Shown: positions 47,521-63,790 of the stretch, piece by piece
Layout: each line of letters opens with the position of its first letter
How positions within the stretch are numbered: the stretch's first letter is position 1
NCBI RefSeq assembly: GCF_009914755.1
Contig: NC_060939.1
Direction: 5' to 3' (one strand)
DNA: 64,000 nt
Origin: the human T2T-CHM13v2.0 reference genome, Homo sapiens
Made by a program: the position numbers and the translations under genes
Notes under the pieces: model-generated
Seen by the model: only the letters and a program-made list of their open reading frames with translations
Told to the model about the DNA's origin: nothing
Databases searched by the model: none

Positions 47521-48772
47521 CTCAACCCTCAGAACTCTATTGCTATTTTGCACGGTGAAGAATGTGAGTCTTCACAGTATAAAATGGAGAAGTTCTTGAG
47601 TAGAAAATTTGTGACTTTTCAGCCTCAAGAAATCAGAAGGTCTAACTTTGTCACAACAAATGCTCCCAAGAGAACTCTGAAGACAGATATTTAGTGTGAG
47701 GTTTCATTTTTTCTAAGTACCCACGCTCTCCAAGTCTTTTAGTCGATAGCATAAAACAGATATTTTCTCAAGAAAAATTCCGCATCACTTAAGAATTTAT
47801 TAACAATTTACATAATTGCTTAAGTAATCTGCATAATTGACAGAAAGTTTAATATGACCCTAGTTCAACTGTAACACTTACGGTTTTAAACTGAAATTGG
47901 TATAATTCATTTATGAGAGTAATTAAGCCATGGTGTCTAACAAATACATCGCATGCTGCCTGAGGCCCCCAAGACCAGAACATGCTATTAGAATGTTTTA
48001 TTTAAATATGTCAAATCTGTTCATCTCCACAGTCACCCATGTTAAACTAGAGCAAATGGTTTATTTGACCTTGAGCTTCGTGCTTTTGAGAAAAGGGTAT
48101 TTGAGGCACATAATTCAACTGTTTTTCTAGACAAATCCACAAGCCAAAGTATCTAAGAAAAGGCTAAGATTTACTTATATTTTACTTCTGGAAAGTGTTC
48201 ACATTCTACGATAATCACAAAAGTTCTTAGACGTATATTTTTGTAGTAGCAAGACCAAGTAAAAAACCCCAAGATAATGAATTGCTGGGTTATAACAAGA
48301 TGACTAATATTCACAAGTGTGAGAGAAGTGGCAGATCTATCTACCTTCCCTGAAATGCATACTTTTTATATTTAAATGCATAATTCATTCAACTAATTGA
48401 AGGGCACTCATCTCAAACAGAAAATAGTACTGCAAAGAGCCGCTGCATGTGCCTAGGGAAGGGCAAAGATTAATTTGACCAAGAGTTGGTGGCAGGTAAC
48501 ATCTCTTCACTTGGAAAACATCAGATCTCGACTTCACTTTGTTGCTGCCACCGGTGCAGCATTAGGGACCTAAAGAATACAGATGAGGGCCAGCCTTCAG
48601 TGGCATGGTTACATAGACAGAGTCGCTCTTGGGCACACTCAAGGTGTATCGTTTTGCAACATTCCCATGAATATTCCAAAGAAAATCCTATAATGCAGCC
48701 TCGTGCTTGAATGCTTGACACCAGACTCCAACACTGCAGGCATCTTCATTCCCTCCCCTGTTCTGTCCCTAG

Positions 48773-49386
<614 letters not shown>

Positions 49387-49544
49387 GGGACCTTTGTATT
49401 AATGTTCCTTTTTTCTCAGTGATCCTTCACTTTCTTGCTCAATTTTTTGATTGCCCTCATTTCTCATATTCTCTCATATTATTCACTTCCTTCTGAATCT
49501 AGATTCTCTACCCAGCCCTTAAGTTCCACCATTTAGTTGACAAT

Positions 49545-49740
49545 TATAGTTATCATTCAATAAGAATTTCTCCAATGCCAAACACCGTGTGAGGTATTTG
49601 GCATAATTTATCTTATTTAATCATCATTGCAGCCCTGCAAAGTATGTTTATTGTGAAGATGAGAAAATAGAGACTTTAGAGGAGTTAAATGACATGCCCA
49701 AAGTGTCAAAACAGCCTCAGTGGCTCCATGATCTTGTGAC
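49545..49740 (-). mobile_element. MIR SINE
   Basis: agatgagaaaatagagactttagaggagttaaatgacatgcccaaagt is the MIR core. Confidence 0.75.
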
Positions 49741-50489
49741 CATATACGCACTTGGAGAATTCTATTCTTTTACATAACATCTGTGATTATGACATCATTT
49801 CCATTTTATTGTAAAATAAAATAATAATAGTAATAATTGCCATTATAGTAATTTAAACAAATACAAATAGGGAAAACCACATAAAATAAACTTATAGCTT
49901 AATAAATTGTTGTAAGTTGAACAGCCTTCTATGTAACATCCTTGTTGACAAATAGAATATTGGTCAGCCACACAAGAAATCCCTTCTCTGTATCCGGTCC
50001 CAGTCACAGTCTCTCTCCCACACCACCACATCATTACACCACCTTCTGAATGATAAGGATTACTTCTTTGCATTTCTTTATAGTTTTATCATCCAAGTGG
50101 GCATCCTTACATACTATAGTTTAATTTCTTTTAAAATTCTATGTCTTTTAAACTTCTTTTAGCCTATTGGTTTTCTTTCTATCTCTTATTCTTATGGTAA
50201 GCTATTGAAGACTTACAGTTTCCCACAGTCTACATGTTGCGGATTGCATATTCACAGTATGGTATTTCAGGCTCCCATGTCTCTGAATTTTTTGAAAAGT
50301 GTCAATTGAAGCCACAGACTTGACGAGAGTCAGGATTGGTTCCCTTGGCAAGAGTGAAAGTGGTACTCTGCTCTTTTGACAAAAGGCTTCTAGTCTCTTC
50401 TTGTCTTTTTGTGATGTTACCAATCATTGATGCGCAATGTCTAGATCCATTCATTCACTGGAGATTTACAATTTGAGAGCTATCCTAAT

Positions 50490-50797
50490 TTATTATTTAT
50501 TTATTTATTTATTTATTTGAGACAGAGTTTCGCTCTTGTTGCCCAGGCTGGAGGGCAATGGCGCGATCTCAGCTCACCGCAACCTCCGCCTTCTGTTTAA
50601 AGTAATTCTCCTGCCTCAGCCTCCCGACTAGCTGGGATCACAAGCATGTGCCATCACTCCTGGCTGATTTTGTATTTTTAGTAGAGATGGGGTTTCTCCA
50701 TGTTGTCAGGCTGGTCTCAAACTTCCGACCTCAGGTGAACTGCCCACCTCGGCCTCCCAAAGAGCTGGGATTATAGGCGTGAGCCACAGCACCCAGC
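50490..50797 (-). mobile_element. AluSp-like SINE
   Basis: gagtttcgctcttgttgccc and gtttctccatgttg diagnostics. Confidence 0.92.
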
Positions 50798-51237
50798 TCT
50801 TTCATTTATTTTTTATGTGTTATCTAAAATATTCTTTATAAAGAGATATTTTTCCTTTGGTCATGTAATGGAATCATTCATGTAGTAAGGCAGGATGAAT
50901 GCTTGAGTCTTTATCACTTTATATAAAATGAATATGTTCTTATCATTCTTTTGAAACAACGAATTAGTTTGTTTTTAATATCCCTATGAACTAAGGCATT
51001 TAAAACCATTTGATGGCTTTCAGTCCATTGTAATTATTATCTTTGCTGATGCTCACATTTTCACATCTTTTGCAGTGTGAGTTTTTAAAAATTGGCTCTT
51101 TAGTCCCTTTGACACAATGTTGGTAATATTTAGTGAACTTTGATAACTTTTATGCTATTTGGTAAGGCAAAATGTTTAAGGCTTATATTATATATTTCTT
51201 GCCCTAATCTGGAATCAGCCATTTCTCCTTTAGTGGG

Positions 51238-51617
51238 TGTTATGAATTTAATTGTTTCCACCCCAAATTCATGTGAAGTCCTAATCCCAATGTGGCTGTA
51301 TTTAGTGATAGGGCCTACAGGGAGGTAATTCAGGTTAAATGAGGTCATAAAAGTGGGATCCTGATACAACAAGATTAGAGTCCTTGCAAGCAGAGGAACA
51401 GACACCAGAGATCTTTCCCTTTCTGTAAGGCCACCTAAGGATGCAGTGAAAAGGTGGCCATCCACAAGCCAGGAAGAGAGCCCTCACCAGAAACCAAGTC
51501 TGCTGAAACCTTGATCTGAGACTTCCAGACTCCAGAACCACGATAAAAATATATTTCTGTTGTTTAAGACCCTCAGTTTGTGGGACTTTATTATGGCAGC
51601 CCTCACAGACAACCACA
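51238..51617 (+). mobile_element. MLT1A/B-type MaLR solo LTR
   Basis: TG...CA ends; perfect 5-bp TSD gtggg. Confidence 0.9.
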
Positions 51618-51723
51618 GTGGGAAAAGGTATTTCAATACAGGATCTGTGTATTCAAGATAATTACTGCTCCTGGGATGGTCACTGTTTCAAACCCTATTC
51701 AGAGGACAGAGCTAGGCCAGCTG

Positions 51724-51774
51724 GATAGATATGTAGATAGCTAGCTAGCTAGCTAGATAGATAGATAGATAGAT
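51724..51774. repeat. Compound (TAGC)n(TAGA)n microsatellite
   Basis: Directly visible. Confidence 0.9.
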
Positions 51775-51919
51775 TGAAAATATATCAATTCATATTGATA
51801 ATTCTAATTAAAATTCAGCACTACAAGATTTTACTTAACTGATCTTTGCTATTACATCATGCCACCTTTTTTACAGAACAAAAATTCTGGCTCCTAAGGG
51901 TATAAGAAATGATAGAAGT

Positions 51920-52040
51920 GGGCTGGGTGTGGTAGCTCATGCCTGTAATCCCAGCAATTTTGGAGGTCAGGTGGGTAGATTGCTTGAGCCCAGAAGTTCA
52001 AGACCAGCGTGGGCAACATGGCAAAACATCGTCTCTACCA

Positions 52041-52067
<27 letters not shown>
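51920..52067 (+). mobile_element. FLAM / Alu left monomer with long poly-A
   Basis: Single left arm followed by more than 25 A. Confidence 0.88.
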
Positions 52068-52072
<5 letters not shown>

Positions 52073-52911
52073 GGTGAAATTCCCTAGATTTACTACAAAT
52101 ATTACCAACACTCATATGATTACTGAAAACAGTAAATATTTTTGCATATGTTCTCACTTTCCCCAGATTTTATTTTTATGGTGGTACTGCTTTTATAATA
52201 TTTGAGCATATTTTCATGACATACTACACTTTCTGCTTTTTAACTCTCATGCAGTCATGGTTATCAAATAACTGCATATTTAATGCTCACAGCCAGTCTT
52301 ACATCAGCACCTCTCTAGTCGTTTTAGATATTTCAAAACTAGTTGCTAGTATATTCATCAGGAAGATTTTATAAAAAATTTTCTGAGTTCTTGCATGTTG
52401 ATAAAAGGTAATTTATCCCTCTTATTATATGTATTTAAAAGGTAATTTCTCTGGAAATTTTTCGACTTTTGAATATTTCACCCCATTTTCCTCCGAAATA
52501 AGCATTGATTTAAAAATCATAATCTTATTTTTTTCTTATGTGACTTTCAGTATTTTCGTTTTTAATTTGATTTCTCTATTTATTCTATATTTCATGTATT
52601 TTTAAAATATGTTAACCTTCTTTTGAAATAGTAGAATATAAATGGAATCTCTTTGGTGAGCAGATCTTTCTGATATACTTTGTCTATAGGAATGCTGTTA
52701 TCTTTCTTGTTAACTTTTTTCCTCTCTGCATTGCATGATCTTTGAACTAGATAAATTTGTATTATTTACTTTTATGTGACAGTGATTTTATGAACATTCA
52801 GAAGGAGGTGCAGTATATATCTGCTAAGAGTCCAGTATCCAAAATATATAAAGAATACTTAAAACTCAATAACAAAAGAGACAAGCAACCTTATTTAAAA
52901 ATGGGCAAATG

Positions 52912-54684
<1,773 letters not shown>

Positions 54685-55639
54685 AAAATGAGCAAATTAA
54701 TTGGATAGACATTTTTCCAAAGAAGATACACAAATGGCCAATAAGCACATGAAAAAATGTTCAAGATCATTACTCATTAGGGAAATGCAAATCAAAACTG
54801 CAATGGGATACCTCTTTTAGACCCACTAGATTTGTTACAACAACAAAAAATAGAAAGTACCGCATATAGGCCAGAATATGAGAAACTGGAACCCTCTTAC
54901 ATTGCTGGTGAGAATGCAAAAGATGTCACCACTGTGGAATACAGTTTGGTGGTTTCTCAAAAGCTTTCTCATAAAGGTTCTTGTAAGTTTTTGCTTTTGC
55001 CCTCTAGTTGCTCTGTTTATAATGAAGGAATTTTGGGGGAGTTGAAGAACTATGCCTCCTCGAAAGAAGATAATCCCTCTTTGCTCTTAGAATTTAGTGG
55101 AATCGTTTCTTTCCAAGTTTTTTCTTGCCTCTGCCATTCCTTACACAATTCCTCTCAAGTGTTGATGCTCATCAAAGCACAGTAATCATTTATATATGTT
55201 TAATATATGCATTTTTTCTTTTTTTCTATACATTTTCACATCTACTTTCCACTTGTTTCCTCGCATACACATCCCATTTTTATCATACTTGCAGTTTTCT
55301 GACTATATCATGCTCTTTAATTATACGCGAATGTGTTTAGCTATGACCTTAAACTTAATACTTTATCCCTCAAAGCTTTTTAAAGGAGAAGGAAAATTTG
55401 ACAGCTAAGAGGACAATTGAATTCCACCTCAAATCCCAGTTCCAACACTTTTTTCTGGTAACCAAGGTTGCCAGAATTAGTTACTTAAATTGTATTAGTC
55501 TCTATTTAATCTGTAAGATGAGAACAATCATTTTCTATTAACAAAATCTATATGAATATTTCCTGGGTAAAAAGGAATTTACTCTTATTTTCAACTAGCT
55601 GTTCATAAGCACATCACATTAACACCAGGTATGCCAGGC

Positions 55640-56050
55640 TATGTATTGCCAGTTTAGACTATTGTATACCTTCTCTCTTCTCTCCTGTATTTTGGGGCTG
55701 AAAACATGGGAATCACACTTCCCAGAATCATTGAAAGCAAATCGGGTTTTAGAGTCTGTCAGAAAAATTAATTAAAATGCCACATATAATATTTGAAAGG
55801 AGGAAGTAAAGCAGAAACAGAGCTCTTCAACAGCACCTGGAAGGTAAGGGGCTTTGTTAGAAACAATCAGGGGTTAGGAACTGCTGATGGCTTACAGGAA
55901 TTCTGCTAATCAACCACTTTAGTGCAGAAGGGTGCTGAGATTATTGGTGACTGTCTCCTATAGTTCCCACTACCTCTCAAACCTAAAATCAAATGGTGCT
56001 TCCCCTGAGATTTGTTTCCTTAAATCTTCTAAAGGTTTTGTAAGTAACTA
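55640..56050 (-). mobile_element. Possible old ERVL LTR (LTR33-like)
   Basis: Weak resemblance (cacacttcccagaatc...ggaggaagtaaagcagaa). Confidence 0.35.
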
Positions 56051-56377
56051 CAGTCATGCATAGCATAACGATGTTTCGGTCAACAACAGTATAGATGACT
56101 CAGGTCCCATAAGATTTAACACCATATTTTTATTGTACCTTTTGTACATTTAGATATGTTTAGGTACACAAATATTTTCCACTGTGTTATAATTGCCTAC
56201 AATATTCAGTGCAGTTACATGTTGTACAGGTTTGGAGCCGATGTGCAATAGTGTGTAGTAGACTAAACCATCTACATTTATATAAGTAAGCACACTCTAT
56301 AATGTGTGCACAATAATGAAACTGCCTAATGATGCATTTCCAGAAACATATCCCCATCCTTAAGTGATGCACAACTG
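56051..56377 (+). mobile_element. Tigger3a/MER7-type non-autonomous DNA transposon
   Basis: TA|cagtcatgca...tgcacaactg termini; body matches 10880-11192. Confidence 0.88.
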
Positions 56378-57753
56378 TGTTTTCATCTAATATCTTCCAG
56401 CCTGGACCATCTAGGGAACTTTCTGTTTCTGAAAGAACCTCAAGAGGTACACGGAGCATGCTTTTCTTCTGCTGCTGGTACATTTCCATCAGCCTACATT
56501 TTACCAAACAGACCAGTTTTATTAACACTGGAAATCAACTGAAGCATGCGTTCCTCTTCTTTTGTGAATTCCACAAACTTTCTCAGGAATGCCTTAACAG
56601 CTACAGCTTCCCAGTTGGTGCTTTCATCAAAGCAGTTTCACATTTAAAAGGGCTTTGAACCTGTAAAACTTTCACTGTTAGTCTTTAAGTTCTCCAATAA
56701 ATTCCCAGATTTCTTCAGAATTATCGTCAGAAAACCAGACATCCAGTGTTGAAACTGACCTTCTAGTCACACCCTTGGAGAGTTTTCTTTTTCCTTTTTG
56801 ACAATCCCTTGTTTATGTATTTTTAAAATTACCATCTGTTGCACAGATTAACACATTTTATATGTTTTATGATGTGTTTTGTGTCCTTCAAAATATTTCT
56901 CATCATTTTTCAGCTTCAAATTATGTCCTGGAGGATTTCCACTTAAGAAAATATAGAGTAGACTTTTTAAAAAAATTGTCTCACTAAATACAACTGAAAG
57001 CCCTGGACATTATGTAGAGAACAAATAAAAGAAGACCCTGAAATGTCAGAGTGGAAGGTAGACAGGCTAGGAACCTCAGGGGAGCTCCCTGAGTTTCCTT
57101 TTTGCTTCATTATCATAAACCAGGAGCTAAAAGAAATGAGCGACCCGGAAATTCCAGAGGTCCAGAAAGTAAATCCTCCAACGAAGGCCTTATCTCTGTA
57201 ACTACAGGACCAAAAAACGGGCAGCTTAGCAAGACATAAAAATAGTAGACAATAACCACACTACTACAGCCCAACGCCACAGTAAAATTGTGGCTTCCTT
57301 TCCTCCTAAGCCAGCGAAGCCCAGCTGGGCACCCTACACTTCCTCCTTCATGAGGCTCTGATAAGTGTCCAACACTTGCTGAAGTGATGTCAGAGAAGTT
57401 GAGCAAAAATCTGGGACTTTCATCTCCATGAGGTAGTAATGATGCTTCCTCATATGGTGTCAGTGAGAACACATAGGACCTGAAATTCCTCCCCCACTTG
57501 GCAATAATGAGGCACTTGTTCCTCTCCTTTATCAAGTGATATCAGAGGAGGCCTACTGGAGAGTCAGGATTTTCAGAATCATCCACAATAATGAGGCCTC
57601 CATCACTCTGTGTCAGCGAAGATCATGTGGGGAAGCCAGGCCTCCTACTCCTACCAAAGAGTAAAAAGAACGACTCCTGTAGTACGACAATAGAAGTTGA
57701 GAGGTAAACCTGGACTTCAGTTTCCACCTGGCAGTAATAAGACCGTGCCTCCC

Positions 57754-58820
57754 AGGCAAAGGTTTTATGACAAAGATGCCAAAAGCAGTCGCAACAAAAG
57801 CAAAAATTGACAAATGGCGTCTGATTCAACTAAAGAGCCTCTGCACAGCAAAAGAAACTATCAACAGAGTAAATGACAACCTACAGAATGGGAGAAAATT
57901 TTTGCAATCGATCCATCTGACAAAGGTTTAATATCAAGCATCTACAAGAAACTTAAACAAATTTACACCAAAAAAAACTAAGAAGTGGGCAAAGGACATG
58001 AACAAACACTTTTCAAAAGAAGACATACATGCAGCCAAAGAACCTATGAAGAAAAGCTTAACATCACTCATCATGAAGGAAATGCAAATCAAAACCACAA
58101 TGAGATACTGTCTCACATCAGTCAGAATGAGTATTATTAAAAAGTCAAAAAACATAGATGCTGGCAAGGTTGTGGAGTAAAAGAAAGACTTTGACATTGT
58201 TGGTAGGAGTGTAAATTAGTTCAACCATTGTGGAAGAGAGCGTACCTATTCCTTAAAGACTTAGAAATACCATTCGACCCAGCAACCCCATTTCTGATTA
58301 TATACCCAAAGGAATATAAATCATTCTATTATGAAGACCCATGCATGAGTATGTTCACTGCAGCACTGCTCATAACAGCAAAGACTTGGAATCAACCTAA
58401 ATGCCCATCAATGATAGACTAGATACAGAAAATGTGGTACATATACACCATGGAATAACATGCAGCCTTAAAAAGGAATGATATCATGTCGTTTGCAGGG
58501 ACATGGATGGAGTTGAAGGCCGTTATCCTTAGCAAACTAATGTAGGAACAGAATACCAAATGCCACATATTCTCACTTATAAGTGGGAGCTAAATGACGC
58601 AGGAAGGGAAATAACACACACTGGGGCCTGTCAGAGGAGAGGGTGAAGAGAAGGAAGAAGATCAGGAAGAATAGCTAATGGAGGCTTGGCTTAATATCTG
58701 GGAAACGGGATGATCTGTGCAGCAAACCACCATGGCACACATTTCCCCTTGTAACAAACCTGCACATCCTGCCCATGCACCCCTGAACTTAAATAAAAAT
58801 TGGAAATTAAAAATAGAAAA
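57754..58820 (+). mobile_element. 5'-truncated L1PA (about PA11-13) inserted in the older L1 5'UTR
   Basis: ORF2 end ([13 protein letters not shown]...) plus 3'UTR; degenerate TSD aagaccgtgcctccc / aacacagtgtctctc. Confidence 0.88.
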
Positions 58821-58933
58821 CACAGTGTCTCTCTTTCTGTTGCTGGAGCAGTGGCAGAGAAAGCCACCTAAAGCAGAACTTTAAATAAGATCCAGACTCT
58901 CATAACATGATACCATATGTCCAGGTTTCATAC

Positions 58934-59830
58934 TGTGAAGCAAAGGATTAACCTTGCCTGAAGAAAGGTTTGGCCTTTCCCCCTGGATCCTGGGTGCTAA
59001 CCTATAAGTTCTCAGAATGTCCTGCTTGATAAGGGTATCTTCGATTACACTGGAGCCTTGTGCCATGCAGCATAGTCTGTGATAACAGTGTGATTTACAG
59101 TGGGCCTTTGGGCCGTGTGACTTCATCTCTAAAGGGGCTAAAAACTAAGGTCAACAACAAGAGCAGTCAACCACATCTATGTAACCAACACCCAAAGAAA
59201 ACTATAGACACCAAGGCTTGGTGGAGTTTCCCTGATTGGTGAAACTGCATGTATTGTCACACACCACTGCTAAGACAAATAAGCACTGCCTTCCCACCTC
59301 CAGTGGGAGAAGACAATTGAAAACTCCAGCGTAATCCCATCACTTTGGGAGGCCAAGGTGGGCAGATCACCTGAGACAAGCAGTTCAAGGTCAGCCTGGT
59401 CAAATGGCGAAACCCCACCTCTACTAAAAATACAAAAATTAGCCAGGCATAGTGGTGGGCACCTGTAATCCCAGCTACTCGGGAGGCTGAGGCGGAGAAT
59501 CTCGTGAACCTGGGAGGCGGAGGTTGCAGTGAGCCAAGATCATGCCACTACACTCAAAAAAAAAAAAAAAAAAAAAAAGGAAAAGAAAAAGAAAACTTCA
59601 GTTGAAAACTCCATCTCCAGTGAGAGAAGACATCAAAAACATATCCCTTGCACCCTGCTCTATACACCTTTTCCTGTTGCTGATTTTAATCTGTAACTTT
59701 TCTCTGCAATAAATAACAACTGTAAGTTGCTTGAAGACATAAAATGATCTTTTTTGAGTTCTAAATTCTGTGCATCCTTGTAGTGAGTTATTGACTTGAG
59801 GGTGATTTGGGAGACCTCCTAAACTTCTCA
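58934..59830 (+). mobile_element. MER21C/MER77-like solo LTR
   Basis: TG...CA ends; gacaccaaggcttggtggagtttccctgattgg and gctgattttaatctgta motifs. Confidence 0.7.
59331..59594 (+). mobile_element. AluS, truncated at both ends, inside the LTR
   Basis: Starts gtaatccc; the poly-A follows cactacactc; TSD-like gaaactccag / gaaaacttcag. Confidence 0.9.
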
Positions 59831-61527
59831 TCCTGCTGAAAACCAAGATGTCTCAAACTGTATTAAAAAAGACAATAAATAGATGCCACCATTGAGATCA
59901 CAGAAATATTAGAACTATCTAACAAAATTCCAAACCAGCTATAATTAAAATGCTTCAACAATCAGGTATACAAACATTGTTGAAACGAATGAAAAAGAAA
60001 ATAGATGGCCTCAGCAGAGAAATAGGAAATCTCAACAAAGAAGTAGAAAATATAAAGAACACGTTTTATAAATTTTAGACTTTTGAAATTTTAAAACCAA
60101 AAAATACAATGACCAAATTAAAACAAAACAAACAGAAAATCTGTGAATGAGCTAAACTGCAGAATGGAAAGGTCAGAGCAAGAAATTAGTGAATTGGAAA
60201 ACAGAATAATAAAAGTTGCCACATTTGAACAAAAGTTAAAAAATAGACTGAAAAAAATGAACAAAGCCTCAGGGACCTGAGGGACCACAGCAAAAGATCT
60301 AGCATTTATGTCACTGGGATCTGAGAGAATGGAGGAGAGAGAGCAAAGATGAAAAAAATACTCAGAGAAATAATGACTAAAAATATAGTTTGTTTTTTGT
60401 GGATTAAAAAAATAAGAACAGCATTAAATGTTGAAAAAGAAGCCCAAATTTTTCAAATTTGGCATAAGATATAAATCTACCATTTCAAGAAATTGACAAA
60501 ACCTCAAACAGAAGAAGCCCAAAGAAATACATGCCAAGACGGGTCATAATTACAATTCCAAAAGTACATAAAAACAAAAAAAAAATCAAAGTGGTGAGAA
60601 AGAAAAACAAAACCTTACCTATAGGAGAAAAAATTCAAATGATAGTGAATTTATCCTCAGAAACCATGGAAACCAGAAAAATGTAGCACCATATTTTTCA
60701 AGTGCTGAAAGCAAATAACAGCCATCCCATAATTATATATCCAACAAAATTTCCTTCAGTAGTGAAAAGAAAATCAAGATATTTTCAGATAAAGAGAAAC
60801 TAAGAAAATTTGTTGCCAGTAGATCTATTCTAAAATAATAGCCAAAATAACTCATTTAAACAGAAAAAGCAATAAAGAAAGAACATTAAAATATAAGGAA
60901 AGAAGAAAGTATATGGTAACCCAAAATATGAGTGAGTTCTACAGAATGCCCTTTTTTCAGTTTCCTATATTATTTCCCCATCCTCCTTGTGTGATTCTAA
61001 ATGTATGTAAAGAAAATATTTAGGATAATTATATTCTAATTAGGGGAAAGTAAAGAAATATAAAGGTAGGCAAGGTTTCTATAATCGAAGTTGTAAGATC
61101 ACTACACTAGTAGACTATTAGTCATGTATATTTAATGTAATTAATGTATATTTAATGTAATACCTAGAGAGAACACTAAAATAGCTGTAAAGGAGACACA
61201 TTCAAAACATTATATCAAAAGGGAATTCTAAAATGTGTTCAAGTAACCCATAGGAAGATAGGAAAGATACAACAGAAACAAAAAAACAGAATGAATAAAA
61301 AGAATGCAAAACAATAACACGTCAGACTTCATCCTAACATACAAATATTACATTAAATATAAATGGTCTAAATGCACCAGTTAAAGTACTGGTAGAGTGA
61401 TAGTAAAAGGAAGAAAAAAGAGATCATGCAAACATAAAGTAAAGCAGTAGTGGTTATATTAATATCAGATAATGTCAATTTTAGAGCAAGGAAAATTACC
61501 AGATATAGAAAGGGACTTAATAAGAAA

Positions 61528-61585
61528 AGAGTCTATACAAGACTCTTTAAGAGTCAATACAAGACTCTTTAAGAGTCAATACAAG
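61528..61585 (+). repeat. 22-bp tandem repeat (about 2.6 copies) with internal inverted repeat
   Basis: Unit aagagtcaatacaagactcttt; junction gactct-tta-agagtc is self-complementary. Confidence 0.85.
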
Positions 61586-63597
61586 AAGATATAACAATAC
61601 TAAATGTGTGTATAGCAAATAACAAAGCTGCAAGATATGTGAAGCAAAAACTGATAGAACTGAAAAGACAAAGACAAATTCACAATTGTAGTTAAAAAAC
61701 TCAACTTTCCTCTTTCAGCAACTGATAGAATACCTCGACAGGAAATCAGCAATGATATAGAATAACTCAACACCATGAACGAACAGAATTCAGTTGACAT
61801 TTATAGAACCCTTCATGAAACAGCATGATATACATTCTTTTCAAGTACTCACAGAACATATACCAAGATAAAGCATATCCTTAACCATAAAACAAACCTC
61901 AACAAATTAAAAAATAATAAAATCATACATAATGTGACATAAGATTACAATAAAACCTAAATAGAAATCAACATAAGAAAGATGGCAGTAAAATCTTCAA
62001 ACACTCAAAAACTAATTAATGCATTTCTAGATAGAAGGTCAAAGAGAAAGTCTCAAAAGAAATTAAAAAAAAACTAAATTGAACCAAATTAAAATGAAAA
62101 ACAAGAAATCAAACTAGTGGGATGCAGCTAAAGCAGTCTTGATAGGAAAATGTGTAAGTCTAGATGCATACATTAAGAAAGAAGAAAAGTCTCAAAATAA
62201 TCTAATCTCTCACCTCAAGGACTTGAAAATAAAAACGGCAAAATAAACACAAAGAAAACAGAAGGAAGAAAGTAATAAACATGAAAACAGAAAATGAAAC
62301 TGGAAAAAAGAAAGGCAATAGAGAAAATCAATGAAACATAGCTGGTTCTTCATAAAAAGTCAATACAATTGACCAAACTTTAGCATGATTGACAATGATA
62401 GAAGAGAGAAAACACAAATTACCAATATTAAGAGTGGAACAGGAAATATTATGGCAGATCCTGCAAATATTCAAAGGATAAGGAAATATTTTCCATAATT
62501 TTACACACATAACTTTGACAATTTAGTGAAATGGACCAGTTACTAGAAAAACACAAACTTCCAGAACGTACTCAATATATCATAGATAATTTGAATAGTT
62601 CTATAATTATTAAGAAAATTAACTGCATAATTAATTAACTCTCAGAAAAGAAATAGTTAGGCGTGGATCAATGACCAAGTGAGGTTTATTCTAAGGATGC
62701 AGAATGGTTCAATATTCTGACATCAATCCATGTAAGCCGTCATATTAACAATCTAAAGAAAAACATATTGCACCACTATATCAGTCTGTGCAGGAAAAAG
62801 CATTTTATGAAATGCAACACCCTCTCATGATTAAAGGAAACAAATAGACAACTCTCAGATTAGTAGGAACAGAGGGAAAATTTCTCAATTTGAGCTATGA
62901 AGAAAAATCTACAGCTAACATTGTACTTGATGATCAATAGGACAGGGCAGAGAACTCATACCCACACAAATAAGCCAAATTAATTTTTGACAAAGGTGCA
63001 AAGGAAATTCAATGGAAGAAAGCCTTTTCAAGAAATGGTGCTAAGGAAATTAGCATACAGAGGCAAAACAGAGAAATGAACTTTTAAATAACCTACATCT
63101 TGTACAAAAATTAACTCAAATGACTCAAGGATTTAAATGTAAAATGTAAAACTATAAAACTTTTAGAAAAAAAAAACAGGCGACATTTGGAATCTAGGGC
63201 TAGGCAAAGAGTTCTTAAACTAGTCACTAAAAACAAGTTTTATAAAAGAAAAAATTGATAAATTGGACTTCCCCAAAATTAAAACCTTTTTTTTCTGTGG
63301 AACAGCTTGTTAAGAGGATGAAAAAACAAGCTTCCGACTGGGAGAAAATATTTGCAAACTGAAAAAAGACTGGTATCTAAAAATATATTAAGTACTCTCA
63401 AAACTCAACAGTAAATAATGATAATCCATTTACAAAATGTGGGGGAAAAAACATGAAGAGATATTTTACCCAAGGGAATATACAGATGGCACATATACAT
63501 ATGAAAAAATGTTCAATTTGATTAGTCTTTGGGGGAATATAAATTAAAATCACAAGATAGCCACTGCACACCTAACAGTATGGCTAAAATTTAAAAA

Positions 63598-63790
63598 CTG
63601 TATACATATGTGTGTGTACATATATATGTAGAAACACACATAATGTACATATGTACACACAATATATGTATATACACAATGAATTATGTATATGTATATA
63701 TGCAAAACCAAAAAATAGTGAAAGGCAAATATATATATATAGTCAAAAGCAAATATATGTATATATTTTGACTATATAGATAGAGAGTCA
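63598..63790. repeat. TA/TG/CA-rich low-complexity expansion within L1
   Basis: Directly visible. Confidence 0.85.

Larger units (their letters stand above)
49950..52700 (-). mobile_element. L1MC3/4-like degenerate LINE with nested elements
   Basis: ctggaatcagccatttctcc, ttcagaggacagagctagg, ctgagttcttgcatgtt motifs. Confidence 0.6.
55450..56945 (-). mobile_element. Ancient pogo/Tigger-family transposase remnant (about 55450-55640 and 56440-56945), interrupted
   Basis: Minus-strand translation DESTNWEAVAVKAFLRKFVEFTKEEERMLQLISSVNKTGLFGKM*...EEKHAP and ENKSKFLFTQEIF..ILLIENDCSH resemble Tigger/CENP-B-family motifs (IFNxDETGLFWK, EEKxAPG, NxKAW, ILLxLDNxxxH). Confidence 0.6.

Noticed and set aside
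57340-57750. Regularly recurring motifs (gtcag...taatgagg) resembling a repeat-spacer array
   Set aside because: Degenerate tandem monomers of an old L1 5'UTR in mammalian DNA; not CRISPR and no associated genes.
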